DNA of 64,000 nt from Eledone cirrhosa (lineage: Eukaryota): positions 3,720,001 through 3,784,000 of the forward strand of contig OZ024748.1 in assembly GCA_964016885.1 (NCBI GenBank), read 5' to 3'. Shown here in pieces: positions 38,448 to 50,600 of this stretch. The translations under genes and the position numbers were made by a program. The notes beneath the pieces are model-generated. The model ran no database searches, had not been told where the DNA came from, and was given only the letters and a program-made list of their open reading frames with translations. The stretch's first letter is position 1; each line of letters opens with the position of its first letter.

Positions 38448-40209
38448 ATGTATAAAGGCATGTATGGTCAAGAAATAGCCATCTGCCAACATAAATAACA
38501 ACAAACAAAATAAAATTCCTTGTAAAATAAGTTTTATTTTCAAAAAGATTTGCTATAGCTCTTTATATAATCCCAATTTTCTTTTTTAAAGATAAAAATA
38601 TAAAAATGACTTATTTTAATCTCCAATGTATGATAAAAAACATTCTCATGAATGAAAAAAAAAAAAAAGATGACTAACAAATAAAATATTTTGTTGGTCA
38701 GATAAAAAAAAAAAAAGACCCCTTTCTGTCATGGCTCACCATGGATTTCCAATCCAAGGTAGAAGCCCAGCAGTACCCCCATGCAAGTCTTCCTTCTCTA
38801 CACCATTAATATTGTTCAAAGGAATGGCAAAGGCTGAAGCAGTTTAGCACCATCACAGGCAAACAAAAGCAACATGAAATTGAAATCATGAGCCTTACAC
38901 TTTAACCAGCAAGCTATTGGCAGTATACTAAGTCATGCATGTAGCGGTGACCTTTAGGTAAACATAGGTGTTTATAGAAAAGCTTCAAAACAAGTTTAGA
39001 AACAAAAGGGAAAAGGGGACGTATGATGATTATCTTTACTTTTGTAAGTTATGTTAGGAATGAGAACTGAATGTTTTCCAATATTTTGACAAATGAAGTT
39101 AAGTAATGGTGCTAGCCAGGAATAGCCCCCAAAATATTGAAGCTGCAGCAGACAACACCTGGATATTCATATAATTGCAAACGATATACATTGTTGCCAT
39201 GTTGAAGGCATATAGCTTAGTAGTGAGTGTTCAGCTTATGACCTTACAGACATAAGTTCAATTCTAGCTGGCACATTATATCCTTAAGCAAGACACTTTA
39301 TTTTCTGCTGCTACATTCCACTCAACTGGCTAAAATGAGTTGTACCTGTAATTCAAAAGGTCAGCCTTGTTACACAAAGTGCCATGCTGGATCTCCCTGA
39401 GACATTTTAGTTTGATTGTCAGAGAAAAGAAAAAGAAAACCCTTAACATCCTGTAATGATTGTTTCTACTTTATTTTATCGACCCCCGTAAGGATGAAAG
39501 GCAAAGTTAACCTCGGCGGGATTTGAAACAAGAACGTAAAGGGCCGGCGTTCTACCGATTCTGCCAATCCATAATAATGTAATACCCACATAGATATTAT
39601 TGTAATGATTTAGCAGAAAATATCTAAAAATGTTTATAATATCTTTACTAGTGGAGAGATTGCTGTATTATAAATTTTTCTCTCACTTATTGCTGTGGGG
39701 CAGAGTCCTCACTCTTTTATCATACATATACTAAGATAAGTCTTTAATTTTTAATGTGATTACAGTCATAGTGCTGTTAACTACTTTTCAAAAATATCTT
39801 GCTAATGCGGTTTCATGTGGTACAGGATGTTAAGAGTTAATTAAAAACATGCAGTTAATTGACAAGAGTTTGTTCCTGGCATTTATTCCATTATGTGACC
39901 TAAATACCATTACTGTACAAAAATTTACATTTACCATAATTGCCCCCAATATGTTCTCGTTAACAAAGGAGAACCCAAATGAAACCAAAGATAAACCGGT
40001 CAGACATCTGTATAAACTGGCTGTAACTGGCCACCGGTCAGACATCTGTTTAAACTGGCTGCAATTGGCCACATGCTTACATTAAGGTATTGTTCTCAAA
40101 ATAAATCACATCAAAATCTCAGATTTGATAGAGATAATTCTGTGAAAATACAATAGTAAACATAGAATAATGTAAAGGGTTAAATGAGTAAAAAATAGAG
40201 TATGTATAA

Positions 40210-40556
40210 AAAAAGGGTAAAGACCCCCTTCGGTCATGAATGACCATGGGATTTGCACCTAGAAAGTTTTCCTCCAAGGCACAAGTCCAGGCAAGGTTGT
40301 TTGTGGAAGACCAGTAGTCCCCCATGCATACCAGTCGCCCCTCTCCACGCCACCGATGAGGTCCAAGGGAAAGGCAATGGCCGATACAGCTTGGCACCAG
40401 TGACATCGCAACTCATTTCTACAGCCGAGTAAACTGGAGCAACGTGAAATAAAGTGTCTTGCTCAAGGAAACAACACATCACCCGGTCCGAGAATTGAAC
40501 TCACAACCTTTCGAGTGCAAGCCCAATGCTCTAACCACTAAGCCATGCGCCTTCAC
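40210..40556 (-). mobile_element. Full-length tRNA-derived SINE, family B, with 14 bp TSD
   Basis: Head GGCGCATGGCTTAGTGGTT (A box), GAGTTCAATTC (B box), CCTTGAGCAAGACACTT core and A tail. TAGAGTATGTATAA at 40196-40209 and 40557-40570. Confidence 0.88.
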
Positions 40557-41065
40557 TAGAGTATGTATAATAACCCAGTTATATGAGGGTCGGCAGAAAA
40601 ATTCATAGGCTGACTATGAAGGATTGATGATAGAGCTGTGAAATCTTACGTGCATTAATTTCAATTCCTCTTTATTAATAATTGCATCATTTATTTCCAG
40701 GGACTATGTTGAAAAATAAACCTCATTTGGTCATTCCATGAGAGTATCTTAGTCAGCCTATGAACTGTTTAGCCAACCCTTGCTGGATATGATGCCATCC
40801 TCAGCATTTACATTATAAACAATGGTTTCTGATTTAGGCACAAGGCCAGCAATTTTAGGGGAAAGGAAAGTCGATTAAATCGACCCCAGTATGTTACTGG
40901 TGCTTTATTTTATCGACCCTGTAAGGTTGATAGGCAAAGCGAACCGTGGTGGGATTTGAACTCAGAAGGTAAAGGATCGTAACTATGTTGTCCAATAAAT
41001 AATGCTACCAAAATAAAGCTAGAAATACCTTAACACGATATAAGACAAGATGACCCAAATCATAT

Positions 41066-41192
41066 ATATAATTGAATATAAAAGAGAGATAAACACAGAT
41101 ATAAACATATATATGTGTTCAAATCGTAAGGGACCAGATTTGAACACACATGTTTATATATGTGTTTATCTCTCTTTTATATTCAATTATAT
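41066..41192. repeat. Palindrome (about 57 bp arms, 11 nt loop)
   Basis: tataattgaatataaaagagagataaacaca...gtgttcaaatc gtaagggacca gatttgaacac...tgtgtttatctctcttttatattcaattata. Confidence 0.85.
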
Positions 41193-41273
41193 TACACAGC
41201 TCAGAAAAACCTTTCTTTGAGTTATTTAATTGTAAAAGACTATTTTGAGTTTCTAACTCAATATATACCTTTG

Positions 41274-41304
<31 letters not shown>

Positions 41305-42229
41305 GACCTATAACTCCTGATGTAGTCATAGGGGCATCCCTTATATACAGCTTATTATAAGCAATTTAAACCCGGCAGAGCGCACTCCCTCTCCAGGTCT
41401 GAATACAACTGATTTCTTCCAGAGAAGGAGAGGGAGAAAGAAAGAGAGTGATAGAAAGGAAGTGAGAAAGAGATGTAGAAAAAGAATTGACCCAGTACTT
41501 AACTGGTACTTTTATTATCGACCTCGAAAGGATGAGAGGCAAAGTTGACCTCGGTGCAGCAACAACCAGAATGAATACCACAAAGCATTCTTCTATCTGA
41601 TGATCTAACGACCCTGCTAATTCATCGCATATATTATATGCCGTATATACAGTGTCCCCCAAAAATGTATGTATACATACTTTGATTAGAGTGCTGTTGA
41701 AGTGTGTATACATTTTTGGGACACCCTATGCACACACACACATATGCATACACACACACGCATACACACACACACACACACATACATACACGCACGCATA
41801 CACACACATGCATACATACACACACACATACACACACACATATGCATACATACACACACACACACATGCATACATACATACACACATATATATATACATA
41901 CACACACATATATATATACATACATACATACACACATATATAGAGCCATGTTTCAGTCACCATGAAAATATGTCAACAACCAGCACGTAATTAAAAAAAG
42001 TTCAATTTGAAATATATGTTACATTGTGAATGCTGTATATAAAATGGTAATGTGAATCATCTACTAGTAGTGACTTTACTAGTGCAACTTAGCACAATAT
42101 CTGATTACCATATATACATGTGTATATCAACAATGTGTGGGTGGAAGGATTTAAAGATAAAAAATGATATCATTATTACACTGCTTTTAATATCAGCTGC
42201 ACAAGTCATATTTTTAACCCTTTAGCAGT

Positions 42230-42545
42230 TACATTGAAGCTCCGACGTCTGGCAATGGACTTGGTAAACACCCACAAAATGATTAACCATCTCGCCAACA
42301 ACAACCCTGAGCACCTTTTTGATCTCCATGTGTCTAACACACGTGGACATGCCTACAAAGTCAGAAAACAGCACATCTCCCATGACTTTCGGAAACATTT
42401 TTTCACGCTTAGAGTTGCTGAAGCATGGAACAAACTGCCTGCATTAGTTGTTAGCTGTCGAGACACTGGATCCTTTAAAACCCTCATGCTTCCTGAAATT
42501 CGCCAAAACTACACCTGATGTCGCCCTTCCATACACATGCACACG
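42230..42545 (+). mobile_element. CR1/L2-clade LINE RT C-terminal fragment within a piggyBac-type MITE
   Basis: [31 protein letters not shown], flanked by MITE ends at 42218 and 42625. Confidence 0.85.
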
Positions 42546-42756
42546 AGTGGCCAGTTATGACCGGTTTGAGCAGAAAGAGGTGAGAGAATTCTGGCCAGAT
42601 ACGGCCGGTTTAAATGCTAAAGGGTTGAAATACTTTTTTTTTCTTCTGAAACTAAATTTTATGGTTTTACTATAACATTTTTTCGTTGTTTGAAATAAAA
42701 ATCTTTTTGTGGTATTGTTAAATATGATCACTGCGATAGAAATACCATATATAATA

Positions 42757-42945
42757 ATAATTGTTTCTACTTTAGGCACAAGGCCAGCAATTACCCAGTG
42801 CATTACTGGTACTTTATTTTATCGACCCCGTAAGGATGAAAGGCAAAGTCAACCTCGGCGGGATTTGAACTCAGATCATAAAGGGACGTAACTATGCTGG
42901 AAAGCATGGCGTCCGACCCTCTACCGATACTGCCAATTCACCGCC
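42757..42945 (-). mobile_element. Full-length tRNA-derived SINE, family A
   Basis: Reverse complement of 46765-46951. Confidence 0.85.
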
Positions 42946-44034
42946 ATATATAATAATAATGAAATGTCGTGTACAGTGCTCAGGTGCACTACAACTCATA
43001 AAAAGTGTATATATAGTACATAGGATAATGCACAAACGTCAGGAAAATGAATAGTGCCTGAGTATGGAAGGGGTACATCAGGTGTAGTTTTGGCGAATTT
43101 TGGGAAGCATGAGGGTTTTATATACTTGTGTATAAATCACATTCAATATTGTGAATGGGCTGAGATGGGGTGGTGTGCAATGATGTACAATGAACCCCCC
43201 TCCCTTCACCCCAGGCATCTACATCAGGGCAGATGGCAGAGGGTGAGGGTGTGTGTGGGTGTGTGCCATATAACCAAAGTATTATGCAACATTCTCCATT
43301 CAATATGGCTATTGAGTATAATACTCACATAGATTTCTCAAGTGCCTAGTTTTCTGCCTGGATCAAAAAGGCCCTATATTTGAGTTTTAGGGACATACAA
43401 TCAAGAAATTACCTCTGGGCATCACTCAATCACTGCATGCTAATGATCACACCCCATAAAAATACAATGCTAAAAGCCAACATGCAACTTATATACTGCA
43501 CCTACAAAATCTCAATTTAAAATATATAGTACATTGTAAATGTATCTAAAATGGTAGGGTGAATTCTCTACCAGTGTAACACGAGTTAAATGGCAGTAAA
43601 TGAAATACAAACTGGTTCTTTAGATAAAGAAGTGTTTTTTGACATAAAGATATTAATAATGGTTTCTTATATAGGCACAAGCCCCCCCCCCCCCATTTTT
43701 TGGAGGAGGGGGGTCGATTATATCGACCCCAGTGCGTCGTGAGTGGTACTTTATTTTATCAACCCCGTAAGGATGAAAGGCAATGTTAACCTTGGCGGGA
43801 TTTGAACTTAGACCGTAAAGGGCCGTAACTCTATGCTACAAAGCATGGCGTCCGACCTTTTACCGATACTGCCAACCCACCCTAATAATAATGATGGTTT
43901 CTGATTTTGGCACTAACACTACAGAGTGTACTGGGTGTATTTCATTGTGGCATATTTTCTCTGATTGTGAGCCACTTTACAAAGAGTAGTTGTAAATATT
44001 AAAAGCTGCTTTCATCTCTAAAGAAGGGATTAAT

Positions 44035-44230
44035 AGTCTAAATATAATATAATAAATATAATATAATATAATATAATAGTCTAAATATAATATAATAAAT
44101 ATAATATAATAAATATAATATAATATAATATAATAGTCTAAATATAATATAATAAATATAATATAATAAATATAATATAATATAATATAATAGTCTAAAT
44201 ATAATATAATAAATATAATATAAATATAAC
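44035..44230. repeat. AT-rich minisatellite, about 57 bp unit
   Basis: taatagtctaaatataatataataaatataatataat repeated about 4 times. Confidence 0.85.
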
Positions 44231-44371
44231 AATCATAGAAATAACAATTTTCTGCAAAATCTGTAAGGAACTATTTTTTTAATCTTTTCTTCCCACATTG
44301 ACAGTACAAGACCTATCACAAAAAAGTTTGTACGTATTTTGAAATATTTTCTTGAGAAAGCAAAGCAAAGC

Positions 44372-44402
<31 letters not shown>

Positions 44403-44625
44403 TCCAAAATAAATAAATAAATAAATTAAATTAAAATAAAATAATTTGGAAATAAAAAAAAATTCCATAGATTTAAATACTTGACCAGATTTACGCGACC
44501 ACAATCCACTGACTAAAACCAGGTAAAAAAAAAAAAAAAAAATTAGAAGAGTATTTAGAGACATTTCAAATTTCCTCAATAAATTTTTCCTTCTTTGAAA
44601 CTGATAAAAGACATTTCTTCATTCA

Positions 44626-47600
44626 CTATAATTCTGTATGCATTTTCTTTGGCTAAAAGAAAAGAAAATATCAAATATTGTAGAAAGCCAGCATGAAATT
44701 GAAAGAAATATATAAAATAAATAACAAAAAAATATATATATATTTGAAAATGCGTAATAAAAACTATATATATTCATGCTTGCACACATTTTTCATGTTT
44801 AATGCCAACACCATCCCATTTTGATGCAATAGAAATGATATAAGTTCACACCCACACCACCCTTTTTGATACAATACATATTACACATGTTCACACCAAC
44901 ACCACTCCCTTTTGATGTAATACATATTATATACTCTCATATTTTCACCACACCTTTTTAATATTTAATGTCAACATCACCCACAGATTAAATTGGAGTT
45001 TTCTGTACTTAGCTATTAGTGATACCAACTTCTCTATAACTCTACCTAGTTTTATGATTAACAAAAACTGCTTATTTTAACCCTTTAGCATTTACATTAC
45101 TCTATATATACTATTGTATTTTCATGGTAAAGGCTTTACCTCACATAACATTTACATTACTCTATATATACTATTGTATTTTCATGGTAAAGGCTTTACC
45201 TCACATAATATCTCACATAACATTTACATTACTCTATATATACTATTGTATTTTCATGGTAAAGGCTTTACCTCACATAACATTTACATTACTCTATATA
45301 TACTATTGTATTTTCATGGTAAAGGCTTTACCTCACATAATATCTCATAACATTTACATTACTCTATATATACTATTGTATTTTCATGGTAAAGGCTTTA
45401 CCTCACATAACATTTACATTACTCTATATATACTATTGTATTTTCATGGTAAAGGCTTTACCTCACATAATATCTCATAACATTTACATTACTCTATATA
45501 TACTATTGTATTTTCATGGTAAAGGCTTTACCTCACATAATATCTCACATAACATTTACATTACTCTATATATACTATTGTATTTTCATGGTAAAGGCTT
45601 GACCTCACATAACATTTACATTACTCTATATATACTATTGTATTTTCATGGTAAAGGCTTTACCTCACATAACATTTACATTACTCTATATATACTATTG
45701 TATTTTCATGGTAAAGGCTTTATCTCACATAATATCTCATAACATTTACATTACTCTATATATACTATTGTATTTTCATGGTAAAGGCTTTATCTCACAT
45801 AATATCTCACATAACATTTACATTACTCTATATATACTATTGTATTTTCATGGTAAAGGCTTTACCTCACATAACATTTACATTACTCTATATATACTAT
45901 TGTATTTTCATGGTAAAGGCTTTACCTCACATAACATTTACATTACTCTATATATACTATTGTATTTTCATGGTGAAGGCTTTATCTCACATAATATTGA
46001 ATGTATGAGATTTTGATGTTATTTATTTTGAGAACAATACATTAACATTAGTATGGGTGGCCAGTTATGGCTGATTTGAACAGAAAGAGGTGAAAGAATT
46101 CTGGCCGGATATGGCCAGTTTAGATGATAAAGGGTTAAAATGTTTATAAAATGAAGGCATGTGGCCAAGTGGTTAGAGAATTGAATTTGCAATTGCCAGG
46201 TTGTGATTTCAATTCCCAGACCTGGCAATGAGTTATGTCCTTGTGCAAGACACTTTATTTCACGTTGCTCCTTCTGTCTGGATTTGCGACTAGTAGATAG
46301 TATTAGCAATTGGAAAGACCAATGGAAATATTGTTTCCTCGGTCTGATTTGATGAGCTCCACTCCACTCCTTAAGCGAATGAGGTCTGGGATCTTGTCGA
46401 TCAACCGTTATATTCAAATTAAAACATTTAATAATCTTTTGTTAAGAAAGTGATGTTATCCCATTCACTGAACTTCTTCATTATTTTTTAAAATGGCTGT
46501 AGTAGAAGACCTTTATCTAAGGCGCCATATAAAGACAAGGCATTAAACTAATCAATGATGGTGTAGGCTATTTTATCGTTTTTCAGTTTTTTCTTGTTCT
46601 AGATTCGAAATTCGCCAACACTACACCAGCATGCATGTGTCTGTGTGTATATCATGACTCATACACTGTTCACTTTCCTGACATTTCTACATTATTCTAT
46701 GTACTATACATGCACTTTTGATGAGTTGTAGTGCACCTGAGCACTGTACAAAATAATTTTCATCGGTGAATTGGCAGTATCGGTAGAAGGTCGGACGCCC
46801 TGCTTTCCAGCATAGTTACGTCCCTTTACGATCTGAGTTCAAATCTGGCCGAGGTTAACTTTGCCTTTCATCTTTACGGGGTCAATAAAATAAAGTACCA
46901 GTAATGTACTGGGTAATTGCTGGCCTTGTGCCTAAAATAGAAACAATTATTAAGTCTCACTCCTATAAATATGTAAATATTATTAACAATCATACAAATA
47001 AAATAAAGGAATACCTTTTTCCTGTGGCACTGACAAAATGAGTCGTGATCTGACGGTTGATCTATTTTAGTGAAAGTGCTGTCAGAACTTGGTTTGGATT
47101 TGAGGAGTTTAGAATATTTCTAGAGAATATAAGAATAAAAGAATTAACCTTTATCATGCTAATCATTTTTATGAGTTATTTTTCTTGACACTGCATTATC
47201 TATTAAGAGGAGATTAATCTATGGTGCATTGTGTCGCTTCCAGCACTCTAATGAAATATACACAAGAAATCAAATGGGCGTGAGCCACAAACGTGTCAAG
47301 TTTCATCAAGATCGGTTTGGTAGTTTTTGAGTTTTAGGTTCACAAACAAACAAACAAACAGACAGAAATTGCCATTTATGTATATAGATATATGCACGCA
47401 TGGGTGTGTGTGTGTGTGTGTGTGTTAGAGGGAATGTATTTGTGTTTTAGGATGACAGAAAGATCAAACAAAAGCAAACCTCATTTATTAAATACACACA
47501 AACAGGAATATATGGAAAAGGAGAAAGAAAGTTTGACGTGTCTTCAGGAGTACAAAAATAGAGACAAGATCACAAAGGATAGATACAGAAAATAAAAGGT

Positions 47601-50600
47601 AGTCCAAGTAAAGTAAAACACAAAAATGTATACATATACACACATATATATATATGCACACATACACACACAAACAGTATTTTCTGAGATAAGAAATTTA
47701 ACAATTCACTAATTCAATGAGAAAACTCTCATAACTTGTTAATTCGGAGAATATTGACAATATTGAGAATATAAAGTATAACTTATAACTATATAACAAT
47801 AGATCTGAGAAGAACTGTCATCATCATCATTATTTTATGGCTGCTTTCCCATGCTTATATAAATACAGAATTACATTGGCTGCTGCTGATATTTCAAGCA
47901 ATTGTAATCACAAATATGACTGTCATGTCATGGATGAGCTTGTTTAGGATTAGATTAACTACACTAACAGCAAATTCCCATGTGAATATCAACCAATCCA
48001 ACCCAGCACCACCACACCACCACACCACCACCACACCACTATTACCACACCACCACCAAATCACTACCACCACACTACCATTTCATCATCACCACTGTCA
48101 CTACTACACCACCACTGTCACTACCACACCACAACATCACAACCACACCACCACCAAATCACTACCATATCATCACTACCACACCACCACTACCACAACC
48201 ACATCATCACCCCCACCACTACAACATCTTTATCACACCACCACATCTTCACCACACCACCACCACCACCACACCCATGACCACATTACCATCACTACCA
48301 CACCACCACTACCACAAAGTAAAATGAAGTGTTTTGCTCAAGGACACAACATACAACCTGGTCTAGGAACTGAACTCATGACATTATGTCACAAATCTAA
48401 CACCTTAACCTCTAGGCCACAGGCCTTCTAAAAATTAAATACATTCAATGCTACTGCCGTCCTTATTGAGGCGTAAGTCCACTAATATATAAATAATCAT
48501 TGCAATAAGAATAAAGGCTCATAGCTTAGTGGTTAGATCATTGGGTTTACAATCGTGAGGTTGTGAGTTCGACTCTCGGACCAGGCTTTGCATTGTGTTC
48601 TTCAGCAAGACACTTTATATCATGTTCCAGTTTACTCAACTTTAGAAATGAGTTACGACATCACTGGTGCCAAGCTGTATCGGTCATTGGCTGTCCCTTG
48701 GACAACATCACATACAGTGTATATATATAGTGTATAGTATATGTTGTGACATCACTGGTGCCAAGCTGTATCAGCCATTGCCTGTCCCGTAGACAACATC
48801 ACATACAGTATATATATAGTGTATAGTATATGTTGTGACATCACTGGTGCCAAGCTGTATCAGCCATTGCCTGTCCCTTGGACAACATCACATACAGTGT
48901 ATATATATAGTGTATAGTATATGTTGTGACATCACTGGTGCCAAGCTGTATCAGCCATTGCCTGTCCCTTGGACAACATCACATACAGTATATATATATA
49001 GTGTATAGTATATGTTGTGACATCACTGGTGCCAAGCTGTATCAGCCATTGCCTGTCCCTTGGACAACATCACATACAGTATATATATAGTGTATAGTAT
49101 ATGTTGTGACATCACTGGTGCCAAGCTGTATCAGCCATTGCCTGTCCCTTGGACAACATCACATACAGTATATATATATAGTGTATAGTATATGTTGTGA
49201 CGTCACTGGTGCCAAGCTGTATCAGCCATTGCCTGTCCCTTGGACAACATCACATACAGTGTATATATATAGTGTATAGTATATGTTGTGACGTCACTGG
49301 TGCCAAGCTGTATCAGCCATTGCCTGTCCCTTGGACAACATCACATACAGTATATATATATAGTGTATAGTATATGTTGTGACATCACTGGTGCCAAGCT
49401 GTATCAGCCATTGCCTGTCCCTTGGACAACATCACATACAGTGTATATATATAGTGTATAGTATATGTTGTGACATCACTGGTGCCAAGCTGTATCAGCC
49501 ATTGCCTGTCCCTTGGACAACATCACATACAGTATATATATAGTGTATAGTATATGTTGTGACATCACTGGTGCCAAGCTGTATCAGCCATTGCCTGTCC
49601 CTTGGACAACATCACATACAGTATATATATATAGTGTATAGTATATGTTGTGACGTCACTGGTGCCAAGCTGTATCAGCCATTGCCTGTCCCTTGGACAA
49701 CATCACATACAGTATATATATAGTGTATAGTATATGTTGTGACATCACTGGTGCCAAGCTGTATCAGCCATTGCCTGTCCCTTGGACAACATCACATACA
49801 GTATATATATATAGTGTATAGTATATGTTGTGACATCACTGGTGCCAAGCTGTATCAGCCATTGCCTGTCCCTTGGACAACATCACATACAGTATATATA
49901 TAGTGTATAGTATATGTTGTGACATCACTGGTGCCAAGCTGTATCAGCCATTGCCTGTCCCTTGGACAACATCACATACAGTATATATATAGTGTATAGT
50001 ATATGTTGTGACATCACTGGTGCCAAGCTGTATCAGCCATTGCCTGTCCCTTGGACAACATCACATACAGTATATATATATAGTGTATAGTATATGTTGT
50101 GACGTCACTGGTGCCAAGCTGTATCAGCCATTGCCTGTCCCTTGGACAACATCACATGCAGTGTATATATATATAGTGTATAGTATATGTTGTGACATCA
50201 CTGGTGCCAAGCTGTATCAGCCATTGCCTGTCCCTTGGACAACATTGGTGGCATGGAGACGGGAGACTGGTATGCATGGACAACTGTTGATCTTCCACAA
50301 ACAAACCTTGTCCGGACTTGTGCCTCAGAGGGGAACTTTCTGGGTACAAATCCCATGGTCATTCGTGACTGAAATATGAACAAAGTTTATTGAAAGATTT
50401 CTTACCTGAATAAGAATGGCATGGTAACAGATGATATCTTTTGGTAAAAGACGGTTCCGTACATAATTCTGAGCATTCTCCACAATATTTTTAACCTGAG
50501 TCACACAAAGAAATAAACAGGTAAAATAATATGACAACTGATGTGTGAGAAATTCAAAGATCATTACTGTTATTTATATATATATATATATGTTTCTATG

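Noticed and set aside
41634-41990. Overlapping Cys/Val and His/Thr ORFs; similar ORFs at 10873-11248, 44038-44232, 45114-46016, 47916-48431 and 56649-56915
   Set aside because: Microsatellite or minisatellite translations.
46765-46850. SINE heads as tRNA genes
   Set aside because: A/B boxes are present, but there is no complete cloverleaf and they continue into SINE bodies.
48657-50245. CRISPR-like repeat-spacer appearance
   Set aside because: Spacers are essentially identical, the repeat is SINE-derived, the context is eukaryotic and there are no cas genes.
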